A stretch of DNA of 64,000 nucleotides from Macrostomum lignano (GCA_002269645.1 NIVC01001046.1:310705-374704); one strand, 5' to 3'; positions 40,101 to 52,480 are shown, counted from the stretch's first letter. Translations and numbers: made by a program. Notes: generated from the letters alone by a model not told the origin.

Positions 40101-43100
40101 TGCCAGTCATTCCTTGTGTCTCACTATCCATGTGTGTGTGCCAGTCATTCCTTGTGTCTCACTATCCATGTGTGTGTGCCAGTCATTCCTTGTGTCTCAC
40201 TATCCATGTGTGTGTGCCAGTCATTCCTTGTGTCTCACTATCCATGTGTGTGTGCCAGTCATTCCTTGTGTCTCACTATCCATGTGTGTGTGCCAGTCAT
40301 TCCTTGTGTCTCACTATCCATGTGTGTGTGCCAGTCATTCCTTGTGTCTCACTATCCATGTGTGTGTGTGCCAGTCATTCCTTGTGTCTCACTATCCATC
40401 TGTGTGTGTGTGCCAGTCATTCCTTGTGTCTCACTATCCATGTGTGTGTGCCAGTCATTCCTTGTGTCTCACTATCCATGTGTGTGTGCCAGTCATTCCT
40501 TGTGTCTCACTATCCATCTGTGTGTGTGCCAGTCATTCCTTGTGTCTCACTATCCATGTGTGTGTGCCAGTCATTCCTTGTGTCTCACTATCCATGTGTG
40601 TGTGCCAGTCATTCCTTGTGTCTCACTATCCATGTGTGTGTGTGCCAGTCATTCCTTGTGTCTCACTATCCATGTGTGTGTGCCAGTCATTCCTTGTGTC
40701 TCACTATCCATCTGTGTGTGTGCCAGTCATTCCTTGTGTCTCACTATCCATGTGTGTGTGCCAGTCATTCCTTGTGTCTCACTATCCATGTGTGTGTGCC
40801 AGTCATTCCTTGTGTCTCACTATCCATCTGTGTGTGTGCCAGTCATTCCTTGTGTCTCACTATCCATGTGTGTGTGCCAGTCATTCCTTGTGTCTCACTA
40901 TCCATGTGTGTGTGCCAGTCATTCCTTGTGTCTCACTATCCATCTGTGTGTGTGCCAGTCATTCCTTGTGTCTCACTATCCATGTGTGTGTGCCAGTCAT
41001 TCCTTGTGTCTCACTATCCATGTGTGTGTGCCAGTCATTCCTTGTGTCTCACTATCCATGTGTGTGTGTGTGTGCCAGTCATTCCTTGTGTCTCACTATC
41101 CATCTGTGTGTGTGTGCCAGTCATTCCTTGTGTCTCACTATCCATGTGTGTGTGTGTGCCAGTCATTCCTTGTGTCTCACTATCCATCTGTGTGTGTGTG
41201 CCAGTCATTCCTTGTGTCTCACTATCCATGTGTGTGTGCCAGTCATTCCTTGTGTCTCACTATCCATCTGTGTGTGTGTGTGCCAGTCATTCCTTGTGTC
41301 TCACTATCCATCTGTGTGTGTGTGCCAGTCATTCCTTGTGTCTCACTATCCATGTGTGTGTGCCAGTCATTCCTTGTGTCTCACTATCCATCTGTGTGTG
41401 TGTGCCAGTCATTCCTTGTGTCTCACTATCCATGTGTGTGTGCCAGTCATTCCTTGTGTCTCACTATCCATCTGTGTGTGTGTGTGCCAGTCATTCCTTG
41501 TGTCTCACTATCCATCTGTGTGTGTGTGCCAGTCATTCCTTGTGTCTCACTATCCATGTGTGTGTGTGTGTGCCAGTCATTCCTTGTGTCTCACTATCCA
41601 TGTGTGTGTGCCAGTCATTCCTTGTGTCTCACTATCCATCTGTGTGTGTGTGTGCCAGTCATTCCTTGTGTCTCACTATCCATCTGTGTGTGTGTGCCAG
41701 TCATTCCTTGTGTCTCACTATCCATGTGTGTGTGTGTGCCAGTCATTCCTTGTGTCTCACTATCCATCTGTGTGTGTGTGCCAGTCATTCCTTGTGTCTC
41801 ACTATCCATGTGTGTGTGCCAGTCATTCCTTGTGTCTCACTATCCATCTGTGTGTGTGTGTGCCAGTCATTCCTTGTGTCTCACTATCCATCTGTGTGTG
41901 TGTGCCAGTCATTCCTTGTGTCTCACTATCCATGTGTGTGTGTGTGCCAGTCATTCCTTGTGTCTCACTATCCATGTGTGTGTGTGTGCCAGTCATTCCT
42001 TGTGTCTCACTATCCATGTGTGTGTGTGTGTGCCAGTCATTCCTTGTGTCTCACTATCCATGTGTGTGTGCCAGTCATTCCTTGTGTCTCACTATCCATC
42101 TGTGTGTGTGTGTGCCAGTCATTCCTTGTGTCTCACTATCCATGTGTGTGTGCCAGTCATTCCTTGTGTCTCACTATCCATGTGTGTGTGCCAGTCATTC
42201 CTTGTGTCTCACTATCCATGTGTGTGTGTGTGCCAGTCATTCCTTGTGTCTCACTATCCATGTGTGTGTGTGCCAGTCATTCCTTGTGTCTCACTATCCA
42301 TGTGTGTGTGCCAGTCATTCCTTGTGTCTCACTATCCATGTGTGTGTGTGCCTCTCCACGTCTGTCTGTCTCACTATGTGTCTGCCTCTCCGTGTGTGTC
42401 CACGTCTGTCTGTCTCTCTTTGTGTCTGCCTCTCCGTGTGTGTCCACGTCTGTCTGTCTCACTATGTGTCTGCCTCTCCGTGTGTGTCCACGTCTGTCTG
42501 TCTCTCTATGTGTCTGCCTCTCCGTGTGTGTCCACGTCTGTCTGTCTCACTATGTGTCTGCCTCTCCGTGTGTGTCCACGTCTGTCTGTCTCTCTATGTG
42601 TCTGCCTCTCCGTGTGTGTCCACGTCTGTCTGTCTCTCTATGTGTCTGCCTCTCCGTGTGTGTCCACGTCTGTCTGTCTCTCTATGTGTCTGCCTCTCCG
42701 TGTGTGTCCACGTCTGTCTGTCTCTCTATGTGTCTGCCTCTCCGTGTGTGTCCACATCTGTCTGTCTCTCTACGTGTCTGCCTCTCCGTGTGTGTCCACG
42801 TCTGTCTGTCTCTCTATGTGTCTGCCTCTCCGTGTGTGTCCACGTCTGTCTGTCTCTCTATGTGTCTGCCTCTCCGTGTGTGTCTCCCTCTCCATGTGTG
42901 TCTGCCTTTCTATGTGTCTGCCTCTCCATTTGTGTCTTCCTCTCCATGTGTGTCTGTTTCTCATTGAGCCTGCTCTACTGGGTCTGTCTTAGCTCTGGTG
43001 AAATTATAAATTCCAGGTGACAGAAAGCGAAAAACGCCCATCAAAAGTACAATAAGCACTGTTATTAAGGGCACTCACACCGTAGGTGAGACTTTCGCCT

Positions 43101-46100
43101 CTCTTTTGAGCAGCAGCCGGCTGGCCTGTCACGGCCAGATTGACGGCTCCGGCCGTTGCTGACGCTGTGGCTGCTCCGCTACCGCTCGATCCGCCTTTGT
43201 CGTCCTTCTTTGTCGCGGAGTCCCCCTGCGGCTGGCGGCTGGAGTGAGGAGTTTAACGATTTTTGCTTGACAGATGATGCTTAACGTCCTTCAGCTGGCG
43301 CCAAATCCTATCCTAATCCCTTCGGTCCTTCAGATGGCGCCAAATCTAATCCTAATCTCTTCGGTCCTTTAGATGGCGTTAAATCCTATCCTAATCCCTT
43401 CAGTCCTTCGGATGGCGTTAAATCCTATCCTAATCCCTTCAGTCCTTCGGATGGCGTTAAATCCTATCCTAATCCCTTCAGTCCTTCGGATGGCGCCAAA
43501 TCCTATCCTAATCCCTTCAGTTTTTGGGATGGCGCCAAATCCTATCCTAATCCCTTCAGTTTTTCGGATGGCGCCAAATCCTATCCTAATCCCTTCAGTC
43601 CTTCGGATGGCGCTAAATTCTATCCTAATCCCTTAAGTCCTCCAGATAGCGCTAAATCCTATCCTAATCCCTTCAGTCCTTCAGATAGCGCCAAATCCTA
43701 TCCTAATCCCTTCGGTTTTTCGGATGGCGCCAAATCCTATCCTAATCTCTTCAGTCCTTCGGATGGCGCCAAATTCTAAACCCTATGGTTCTTCGGATGG
43801 CGCCAAATCCTATGCTAATTCCTTCAGTCCTTCAGATGGCGCCAAATCCTATCCTAATCCCTTCAGTCCTTCGGATGGCGCCAAATCCTATCCTAATCCC
43901 TTCAGTCCTTCGGATGGCGCCAAATCCTATCCTAATCCCTTCAGTCCTTCAGATAGCGCCAAATCCTATCCTACTCCCTTCAGTCCTTCGGATGGCGCCA
44001 AATCCTATCCTAATCCCTTCAGTCCTTCAGATGGCGCCAAATCCTATCCTAATCCCTTCAGTTTTTCGGATGGCGCCAAATTCTATCCTAATCCCTTCAG
44101 TCCTTCGGATGGCGCCAAATCCTATCCTAATCCCTTCAGTCCTTCAGATGGCGCCAAATCCTATCCTAATCCCTTCAGTCCTTCGGATGGCGCCAAATCC
44201 TATCCTAATCCCTTCAGTCCTTCGGATGGCGCCAAGTCTCACACGACTCGGCCCTTCAGTGAGTTTCCAAAATTTTCTTTTCCGTAAGACATATATAAAT
44301 GGAATTCTCCCAAGGAATTGGCCGGGCTACTTAATTAGGAGATTAATAATACTAGTAGGAAAAAGGAGGAATGAGTGGGAGGTTCCTGTGTTCCTGTTCA
44401 TGAATTCTGCTAGGACTGCAGCTTTGACCGAAAGCAAAGGAAAATGTCTACATTAATAAGTGGGCATTTACACCCATATTAGTAGCAGACAAGCAATCAG
44501 CGCCCCCAACGGGGGGCCAACAAAGAATGGAATAATTTTTTTTGAATAAACTGCATGTAGATTCTGATCCTAGCCTTGACATCTAAAAATCCCGCCCCCA
44601 CTAAGCCTTAACATCTCAGCTATTCTTCCTATAAGCCCCGACACCTCAGAAATTCCTTTCGTAAGCCTTGAAATCCCAGAAATTCCCCCAGTGAGCCTTG
44701 AAATCTTAGTAATTCTCCCCAAGAGTCACAGCATAGTTTCACGTGACGCTTTTTTCTGTTTTATATGACGCTTCTTTTATGCCTTTATGAAGCTTTTTTA
44801 TTTTTACATGACGTTTCTTTTATGTCTGCATGACGTTTCTTTTATGTCTACATGACGCTTCATCTATATCTGACATGACGCTTCTTTTATGTCTGACATG
44901 ACGTTTCTTTTATGTCTGACATGACGTTTCTTTTATGTCTGACATGACGTTTCTTTTATGTCTACATAAAGCTTTTTTTATTTTTTACATGACGTTTCTT
45001 TTATGTCTGACATGACGTTTCTTTTATGCCTGACATGACGTTTCTTTTATGTCTACATGACGCTTCATCTATGTCTGACATGACGCTTCTTTTATGTCTG
45101 ACATGACGTTTCTTTTATGTCTGACATGACGTTTCTTTTATGTCTGACATGACGTTTCTTTTATGTCTACATAAAGCTTTTTTTATTTTTTACATGACGT
45201 TTCTTTTATGTCTACATGACGCTTCATCTATGTCTGACATGACGCTTCTTTTATGTCTGACATGACGTTTCTTTTATGTCTGAGATGACGTTTCTTTTAT
45301 GTCTACATGACTCTTCATCTATATCTGACATGACGCTTCTTTTATGTATGACATGACGTTTCTTTTATGTCTGACATGACGTTTCTTTTATGTCTACATA
45401 AAGCTTCTTTTATGTTTGACATGACGTTTCTTTTATGTCTACATGACGATTCATCTATGTCTGACATGACGCTTCTTTTATGTCTGACATGACGTTTCTT
45501 TTATGTCTGAGATGACGTTTCTTTTATGTCTGACATGACGCTTCTTTTATGTCTGACATGACGTTTCTTTTATGTCTGACATGACGTTTCTTTTATGTCT
45601 GACATGACGTTTCTTTTATGTCTACATAAAGCTTTTTTTATTTTTACATGACGTTTCTTTTATGTCTGACATGACGTTTCTTTTATGTCTGACATGACGT
45701 TTCTTTTATGTCTACATAAAGCTTTTTTTATTTTTTACATGACGTTTCTTTTATGTCTACATGACGCTTCATCTATGTCTGACATGACGCTTCTTTTATG
45801 TCTGACATGACGTTTCTTTTATGTCTGAGATGACGTTTCTTTTATGTCTGACATGACGCTTCTTTTATGTCTGACATGACGTTTCTTTTATGTCTGACAT
45901 GACGTTTCTTTTATGTCTGACATGACGTTTCTTTTATGTCTACATAAAGCTTTTTTTATTTTTACATGACGTTTCTTTTATGTCTACATGACGCTTCATC
46001 TATGTCTGACATGACGCTTCTTTTATGTCTGACATGACGCTTCTTACATCATATTGTTCTTACACCTGTCTTGAGTAAAGCAAAGACAGGCAAAAGTTAT

Positions 46101-47082
46101 AGATTCGATTTTGTGAGTGGCCCACATTAATTTAGGGCTTGTGCATGAAAATTATTGCCTATGAAGGCCAGCCCCTAATGACAATATCAAGGCTGCTGTG
46201 TCGGGCTTTCTGATTGGCTGGACAAAATCAGGCCCTGTAGGGCAACACGGAGAGACATTGTCGCAGAGCAAACGCATAGGTATAACATCGTTAGTGTCTA
46301 TCCATTCCCAGACTTACAAATAAGTCTTAGTTACCATCGCTATTCAATATCCAAATTCTAAAATAAACAAAATAGCATCCACTATAAAAGTTTCAGGAGC
46401 AGCAATGCAGTACGATTGGAATGGCACAGTGCAGGAGCAGCAACAGCTAGTCAGACTGCAGCTCCATCTGTGGGGCTATGTCGGCACCGGTCTCAGTCTA
46501 TTAGGCATGGCCGGCAATGCTCTTAGCATTCGAGTTCTCTGCTCACGCAGAATGTATTCGTCTACTGCGCTGTACCTGGCGGCGCAAGGCTTCTTAGACA
46601 TTATTGTGCTGCTATTGTTCGACATCTGCATGGGTCTGCCGCTTGTGTCGGCTGTGTTTGCCCGCCTAGCCAGGCCCGACTCGCTGCTGATCGGCATACT
46701 CTACCCGCTGTCCCTGTTCATTCACATGTGCGGCATGTACGTCACAGCCTGCTTCACTGTGGAACGCTGCCTCTCAGCAAAATTCCCACTTCGCTCCACT
46801 AGCGCCTGCAGCCGCAGACGAGCTCGGAGACGCCTAATGGCCATCTTTCTGTTCTCTTTAATCTACAATGCGCCTCGAGGCTTCGAACGAATGCCATTCG
46901 GGAATGAGACTGAGAACAATTCGAGGAACGGCACTTGGACTCTGATTGACAATTGGTGGTATCGCGGTATCTACAGCGGCGCAATGTACTCGCTATTTAT
47001 GTACGTGCTACCTCTAACTCTAATCACTGTGTCTAATGCTGTTCTTGTTCACACTGTACGGAAGTCAACTCGCAGGACTACT

Positions 47083-47158
<76 letters not shown>

Positions 47159-50100
47159 TGATGCCCAGTAGCCCAAGGGGACCCAGCAGGCAATCAAGCC
47201 AACAGTTGAAACGGCTGGAACGGGACCGCAGCATCAGCAGGATGCTTGCCGGAGTGGTTGTTGTGTTCGTCCTCTGCCAGACCTTCGCTCTAGTGGACAA
47301 TTTGGCGGCAGTGGTGCTGCAGACTCCGCCTAACCCGTTGGCGCACTGGCAGCAAGCGTTTTACATCGTCGCCCAGTTTATGATTGTCCTCAATTCGTCA
47401 GTAAATTTCATTCTCTATTGCTTTTTTGGCCAAAGATTTCGGAGGGAATTGCAATTGACTCTGTGCGCCGGCGGTGGCGGAGTCGGTGGACAGCAGAATG
47501 CCGGACGTCAAGCCGGAAGCAACATAGCTTTGCAGAATATGAACGGAAGTCGAACGCCCAGCCAGTTGCACGGCAGTGCCAGCCCGTTATGGAGCAGTCC
47601 TAGTCCGCAGCACGGCTGCGCCAGTCTGCTGGCCAGTCCCGAACCAAACCGATCAAAGCTTGCCCGAGCTGTCTCAAGCAGGCGAGAGCAGCGAAATTGG
47701 CTGATGGCCGAACAGGAGCCAATGCAGATTGATGATTCGCCTCCGGCGTCAATTTGACTTTCTGATGCTTTGCTAGGCTTTTGTACTATATTATATTCAT
47801 TCTCATAGCAGAGTTCCCCTGTCTTTGTTCGCTTAGCAGTGTATCTCAATGCTACCTCACAAGAGTCTTTGTTGTTCGCTTAGCAGTGTCTCTCAATGCT
47901 ACCCCACAACAGTCTTTGTTGTTCTCTTAGCAGTGTCTCCCAATGCTACCCCACAACAGTCTTTGTTGTTCTCTTAGCAGTGTCTCTCAATGCTACCCCA
48001 CAACAGTCTTTGTTGTTCTCTTAGCAGTGTCTCCCAATGCTACCCCACAACAGTCTTTCTTGTTCTCTTAGCAGTGTCTCCCAATGCTACCCCACAACAG
48101 GTCTTTGTTGTTCGCTTAGCAGTGTCTCTCAATGCTACCCCACAACAGTCTTTGTTATTCGCTTAGCAGTGTCTCCCAATGCTACCCCACAACAGTCTTT
48201 GTTGTTCGCTATCCCAGATTTCACAAGTCTTTGTTTACGCAACAGACTACAATTATTATCTTTGTGATTAAAAAACGCAGGTTTATTTTAATCTGAAATA
48301 AGAATACCTTAATTTAGCACGCTAGAACCTGCCTCGCCGCCTACGAGCACTTACTTAGCTTACGGCCACTCCATCCTGATGCTGGAATTTCTTTATACCA
48401 TACTTTCTGCTTGTTTTTTTCTTTCACCACTCAGTTTCTGTTCGTGACTTTTCCAGACTTTTCCTGGCAAAAATTTTGAGCACAACTCCTAAACCAAATT
48501 GTTGTGATAATTGTCTCAATTTTGAGTCGAGACTGACATCCATTCTTTATTACATCCGCATAGAAAAAATACACGTGAATAGCACTGAAAAAATGGTAAA
48601 TTTCTGGAAAGATAAAGTTCAAATCGCTAGCAAACATGTACATCTAAATCGGATAGAGGGCATCAAAGATTGAACTCACTGTTTTGTACTTTTTTGCTGC
48701 CCTCTGGCCGACTTCGCTTCAACTTGCTTGTTGTCCTCTTCTGCGAGAATTTGAGGAGAGGGAAAGGATTAAGGGGAGAAGGGAAGGATTAATCAGATTT
48801 GGAAGGAATGAGAAGAGAGAGAACAATTACGGAGAAAGGGAGGAATAATGAGGGAAGTATCAAGGGGATTAAGTAATGATTAAGGGGAAAGAAGGATTAA
48901 GGAGATTAAGGAAGGATTAAGCAGTGGGAATCGAGAATCAGGAAATATCGGTGTAGAAAAGGTGACGCAGAGCAAGATATCTAATCTGGCCTAAAAGTTG
49001 CACAAAAGGCTTCAAGACAGGAGATAAAATATTCGAGTGGGGGGTGTCGGTGCAAACTTGGCAGACCAGGTTTGCGAAGTTTAAGGGGCTAGGGGAGCTA
49101 GACAAGAGGGTAGCGGGATAACAGCTCGTGTGGAAGATTTACAGGCACGGGATTAGAGGCCTTTAGCTTTTCTATCTAATGGCTACTGTGAAAGGGCTAG
49201 TGTTAATTGCTTAGTGCTAATAGGCTAATGCTAATGGACTAATGCCGATGGACTAATGCTACTGGAAAAATGCTAATGGACTAATGCTTCTGTAAAAATG
49301 CTAATGGACTAATGCTACTGGAAAAATGCTAATGGACTAATGATACTGTAAAAATGCTAATGGACTAATGCTACTTGAAAAATGCTAATGGACTAATGCT
49401 ACTTGAAAAATGCTAATGGACTAATTCTACTGGACTAATGCTAATAGACTAATGCTAATGGACTAACGCTACTGTAAAAATGCTAATGGACTAATGCTAA
49501 TGGAGTAATGCTAATGGACTAACGCTAATGGACTAATGCTACTGGAAAATGCTAAAGGACTAATGCTAATGGACTAGTGCTAATGGACTAATGCTGATGG
49601 ACTAATGCTACTGGAAAATGCTAAAGGACTAATGCTAATGGACTAGTGCTAATGGACTAATGCTGATAGGCTACCAAAAATCATCAGGAGCAAATATTCA
49701 CCCTGCTCAGCCCTCGACGCCGCGCCGCCCTCTGCCAGCTGCTCAAGCCGCCGCTCCAGCTGCTCCAGCCGCTCTCGATAAGCCTTCTCACCGTCGGCTT
49801 TGCCGGCCTCGTCACCTTCGCCGCTCCGACGCTCGTCAGCATCGGCTCCGTGATTGTCGTCGACACCATCGTCGTCCAAATCGCCAGCCGGCCTCCGACT
49901 GCGGAACCGCTTGTAGGCTGCGTCAATCTTCGGAGTCGGCAGCCTTCTCGACTTTGACTCATCTTCGTTGCCGCCTCCTCCAGCGTCGGTGGCGGCCGAC
50001 GAGGAGCCGAGGAATTCCAGGAATTCTTCCAGTCCGGGCACGTCGGCAAGAACCTCGACGGCCGCTCGATCGCCCTGACGGTCCAGCTGGTCAAGCGAGT

Positions 50101-50332
50101 CGAGCTGCGGCAGGCCGGCAAGCAGCTGGCGCCGGTAGTCCCGCTGCCGACACGCCGGGTTGTCCGCCGACGCCAGGCTGAGCGTCAGGTGGCGCAGGTT
50201 GCGGCACTGCCTGAGCGACTTCGTCAGCTGCGACACCGCGCGAATCTGCCGCCGTTTGGGGAGCTGCTACGGTTCACTGAATTGACTGTGTCTGTCTGTC
50301 TGCCTGCCTGCCTGCCTGCCTGCCTGCCTATG

Positions 50333-50381
<49 letters not shown>

Positions 50382-52353
50382 GCCTGCCTGCCAGACAAAT
50401 GAAAGCCTTGCATTCACACAATAGCTTTTCACAGGTGTCCATTAAAATTCGCCATTTGAAGAGTTTCGACCGACCTTATCCTTCGCTCTCCTATCCCTGC
50501 GCAAGACCGTAGCTATTGTTGCAAGAAAATTTCAAAGAGTAACTTTCGAGATCGCAAAGAGTTGAAAGATTTGGTTAAAAAGTTTAATTATCGGTTTAGT
50601 AGGAAAAAATCCCTTTCAGCCGCATTTTAATTCTTATGGATTGACCTGAACCTTCAATACTCAGAACAGAAATGCTCTTCAGTAAAGTTCATTTCAATAG
50701 AAGATCACTCAATAAAGTTTTTTAAAGAAAAGAAAAATCACCAATAGCTAACTGTGTTTTAAATCCAAATCTAAATATTCCTTCATTAGGGAAATCCCAA
50801 TCTAAATAATCCTCAATTGGGGAAATCCCTATCTAAATAATCCTCAATTGGGGAAATCCCAATCTAAATATTCCTCCATTAGGGAAATCCCAATCTAAAT
50901 AATCCTCAATTGGGGAAATCCCAATCTAAATAATACTCAATTGGGGAAATCCCAATCTAAATAATCCTTAATTGGGGAAATCCCAATCTAAATAATACTC
51001 AATTGGGGAAATCCCAATCTAAATAATCCTTAATTGGGGAAATCCCAATCTAAATAATCCTCAATTGGGGAAATCTCAATCTAAATAATCCTTAATTGGG
51101 AAAATCCCAATCTAAATAATCGTCAATTGGGGAAATCCCAATCTAAATAATACTCCATTAGGGAAATCCCAATCTAAATAATCATCAATTAGCAAAATCC
51201 CAATCTAAATAATACTCAATTGGGGAAATCCTAATCGAAATAATCGTCAATTGGGGAAATCCCAACCTAAATAATCCTTATTGGGGAAATCCCAATCTAA
51301 ATATTCCTCCATTAGGGAAATCCCAATCTAAATAATCCTCAATTGGGGAAATCCCAATCTAAATAATACTCAATTGGGGAAATCCCAATCTAAATAATCC
51401 TTAATTGGGGAAATCCCAATCTAAATAATACTCAATTGGGGAAATCCCAATCTAAATAATCCTTAATTGGGGAAATCCCAATCTAAATAATCCTCAATTG
51501 GGGAAATCTCAATCTAAATAATCCTTAATTGGGAAAATCCCAATCTAAATAATCGTCAATTGGGGAAATCCCAATCTAAATAATACTCCATTAGGGAAAT
51601 CCCAATCTAAATAATCATCAATTAGCAAAATCCCAATCTAAATAATACTCAATTGGGGAAATCCTAATCGAAATAATCGTCAATTGGGGAAATCCCAATC
51701 TAAATAATCGTCAATTGGGGAAATCCCAATCTAAATAATCGTCAATTGGGGAAATCCCAATCTAAATAATCGTCAATTGGGGAAATCCCAATCTAAATAA
51801 TACTCCATTAGGGAAGTCCAATTAGATTAATCCCCAATTGGGAAATCTCCTAAAGCCCCGCCTCGGGCGCAAGACTCGCCTGATTTCCATGCAGCTCAAT
51901 GCAGGTGAGCCGATACGCCGGGCCCCGCATCTCGGCAAAGCCGGTCACGTCTCTGATGGCATTGTAGGACAAGTTGATTCGAACCAACGACTTCAATCCG
52001 GCCAGGCCTTCAACCTTTGCCAGGCGATTGCCAGCCAGATTAAGAGTTCGCAGGCTGGCCAGACAGTCGAGGCCACTAATCCGGCTGATCCTATTAGAGG
52101 ACAAATCCAGGTGGCGCAGGTTGGGGGCGCGGTCCAGGCCGGCCAGGGCCTCGATTCGGTTGCAGTGGCAGTTGAGCACGGACAGCCGATCGTGCAGCGG
52201 CAGGTCCAGCAACCGGCCGACTCCGCAGTCGATGTAGCTCAACTCTGAGGCTTCCGTCGGGTCCGCTTTGAAGCCGCGAGCGCCGCCGGGGCGCTTGACC
52301 ACCTCCTGCTGCTGCCGCTTTGACTGCTGGGTCCGCTGAAGCGATGCCAGCAA
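34583..52353 (-). CDS. LRRCC1: Leucine-rich repeat and coiled-coil centrosomal protein 1; exons ~52353-51880, 50245-49702, 48740-48680, 43238-43081, 39152-39092, 38030-37242, 36540-36469, 36001-35549, 35092-34583
   Basis: SDS22-type LRRs ([32 protein letters not shown]), LRRcap [78 protein letters not shown] all match recalled human LRRCC1. No ATG was found in exon 1, and there is a one-base phase mismatch at exon 5/6. Confidence 0.9.
35110..35525. repeat. Diverged ~31-bp minisatellite, LRRCC1 last intron
   Basis: cccatttcttcccaatcccaatgtacattat variants. Confidence 0.9.
36030..36400. repeat. Purine-rich degenerate repeat, LRRCC1 intron 7
   Basis: gagagtagacagtgagat-like units. Confidence 0.85.
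36890..37241. repeat. (CAGA)n microsatellite abutting an LRRCC1 splice donor
   Basis: Directly visible. Confidence 0.96.
38062..38405. repeat. 31-bp minisatellite, LRRCC1 intron 5
   Basis: Unit ggatttctcctgtttggggattcgagtttga. Confidence 0.93.
38480..38660. repeat. ~17-20-bp G-rich minisatellite
   Basis: gtgatgctggggcagtt variants. Confidence 0.88.
39190..39600. repeat. Diverged pyrimidine-rich repeat (ctacttctctgact)
   Basis: Directly visible. Confidence 0.8.
39970..42955. repeat. Compound satellite (~3 kb): 38-46-bp unit with variable (GT)n core, then a 42-bp unit
   Basis: gccagtcattccttgtgtctcactatccat+(gt)n to ~42350, then gtctgcctctccgtgtgtgtccacgtctgtctgtctctctatgt. Confidence 0.97.
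43290..44235. repeat. 39-bp minisatellite, LRRCC1 intron 3
   Basis: Unit gatggcgccaaatcctatcctaatcccttcagtccttcg. Confidence 0.95.
44740..46045. repeat. ~22-23-bp minisatellite with higher-order structure
   Basis: acatgacgtttcttttatgtctg with periodically recurring variants (acataaagcttttttta; acgcttcatcta). Confidence 0.95.
46405..47757 (+). CDS. Intronless class-A peptide GPCR, FMRFamide-receptor-like, 450 aa
   Basis: Seven hydrophobic segments; GN in TM1, [27 protein letters not shown]; polyQ in ICL3; N-glycosylation sequons. The family call is from recalled protostome FMRFaR-like sequences; the ligand is unknown. Confidence 0.88.
47815..48210. repeat. 44-bp minisatellite
   Basis: gtctttgttgttctcttagcagtgtctcccaatgctaccccacaaca-like units. 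Confidence 0.92.
49215..49670. repeat. ctaatgga/ctaatgcta degenerate repeat, LRRCC1 intron 2
   Basis: Directly visible. Confidence 0.92.
50288..50395. repeat. (TCTG)n/(CCTG)n microsatellite
   Basis: Directly visible. Confidence 0.93.
50775..51830. repeat. 31-bp minisatellite with internal hairpin, LRRCC1 intron 1
   Basis: Unit ttggggaaatcccaatctaaataatcctcaa; TTGGG/CCCAA stem; includes an internal block duplication. Confidence 0.95.
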
Positions 52354-52371
52354 CTCAGTTCATATATTGCC

Positions 52372-52480
52372 CTCCCAGTTCCAATCTCAATGACAGGGGA
52401 GATGTCCCTCCCAGTTCCAATCTCAATGACAGGGGAGATGTCCCTCCCAGTTCCAATCTCAATGACAGGGGAGATGCCCC
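52372..52480. repeat. 35-bp repeat x3 immediately upstream of LRRCC1 exon 1
   Basis: cctcccagttccaatctcaatgacaggggagatgt x3. Confidence 0.9.

Noticed and set aside
39794-43020. Three ~1000-aa Cys/Val-rich ORFs
   Set aside because: Translations of a stop-free satellite in all three frames, lying inside LRRCC1 intron 4.
43373-44456. 13-aa periodic ORFs ([13 protein letters not shown] / [13 protein letters not shown])
   Set aside because: A 39-bp intronic minisatellite, open in several frames, with no splice support.
27905-51830. Recurring 31-bp and 39-bp unit lengths suggesting helical periodicity
   Set aside because: Other units are 13, 23, 35, 42, 44, 45, 58 and 78 bp; no convincing pattern in this small sample.
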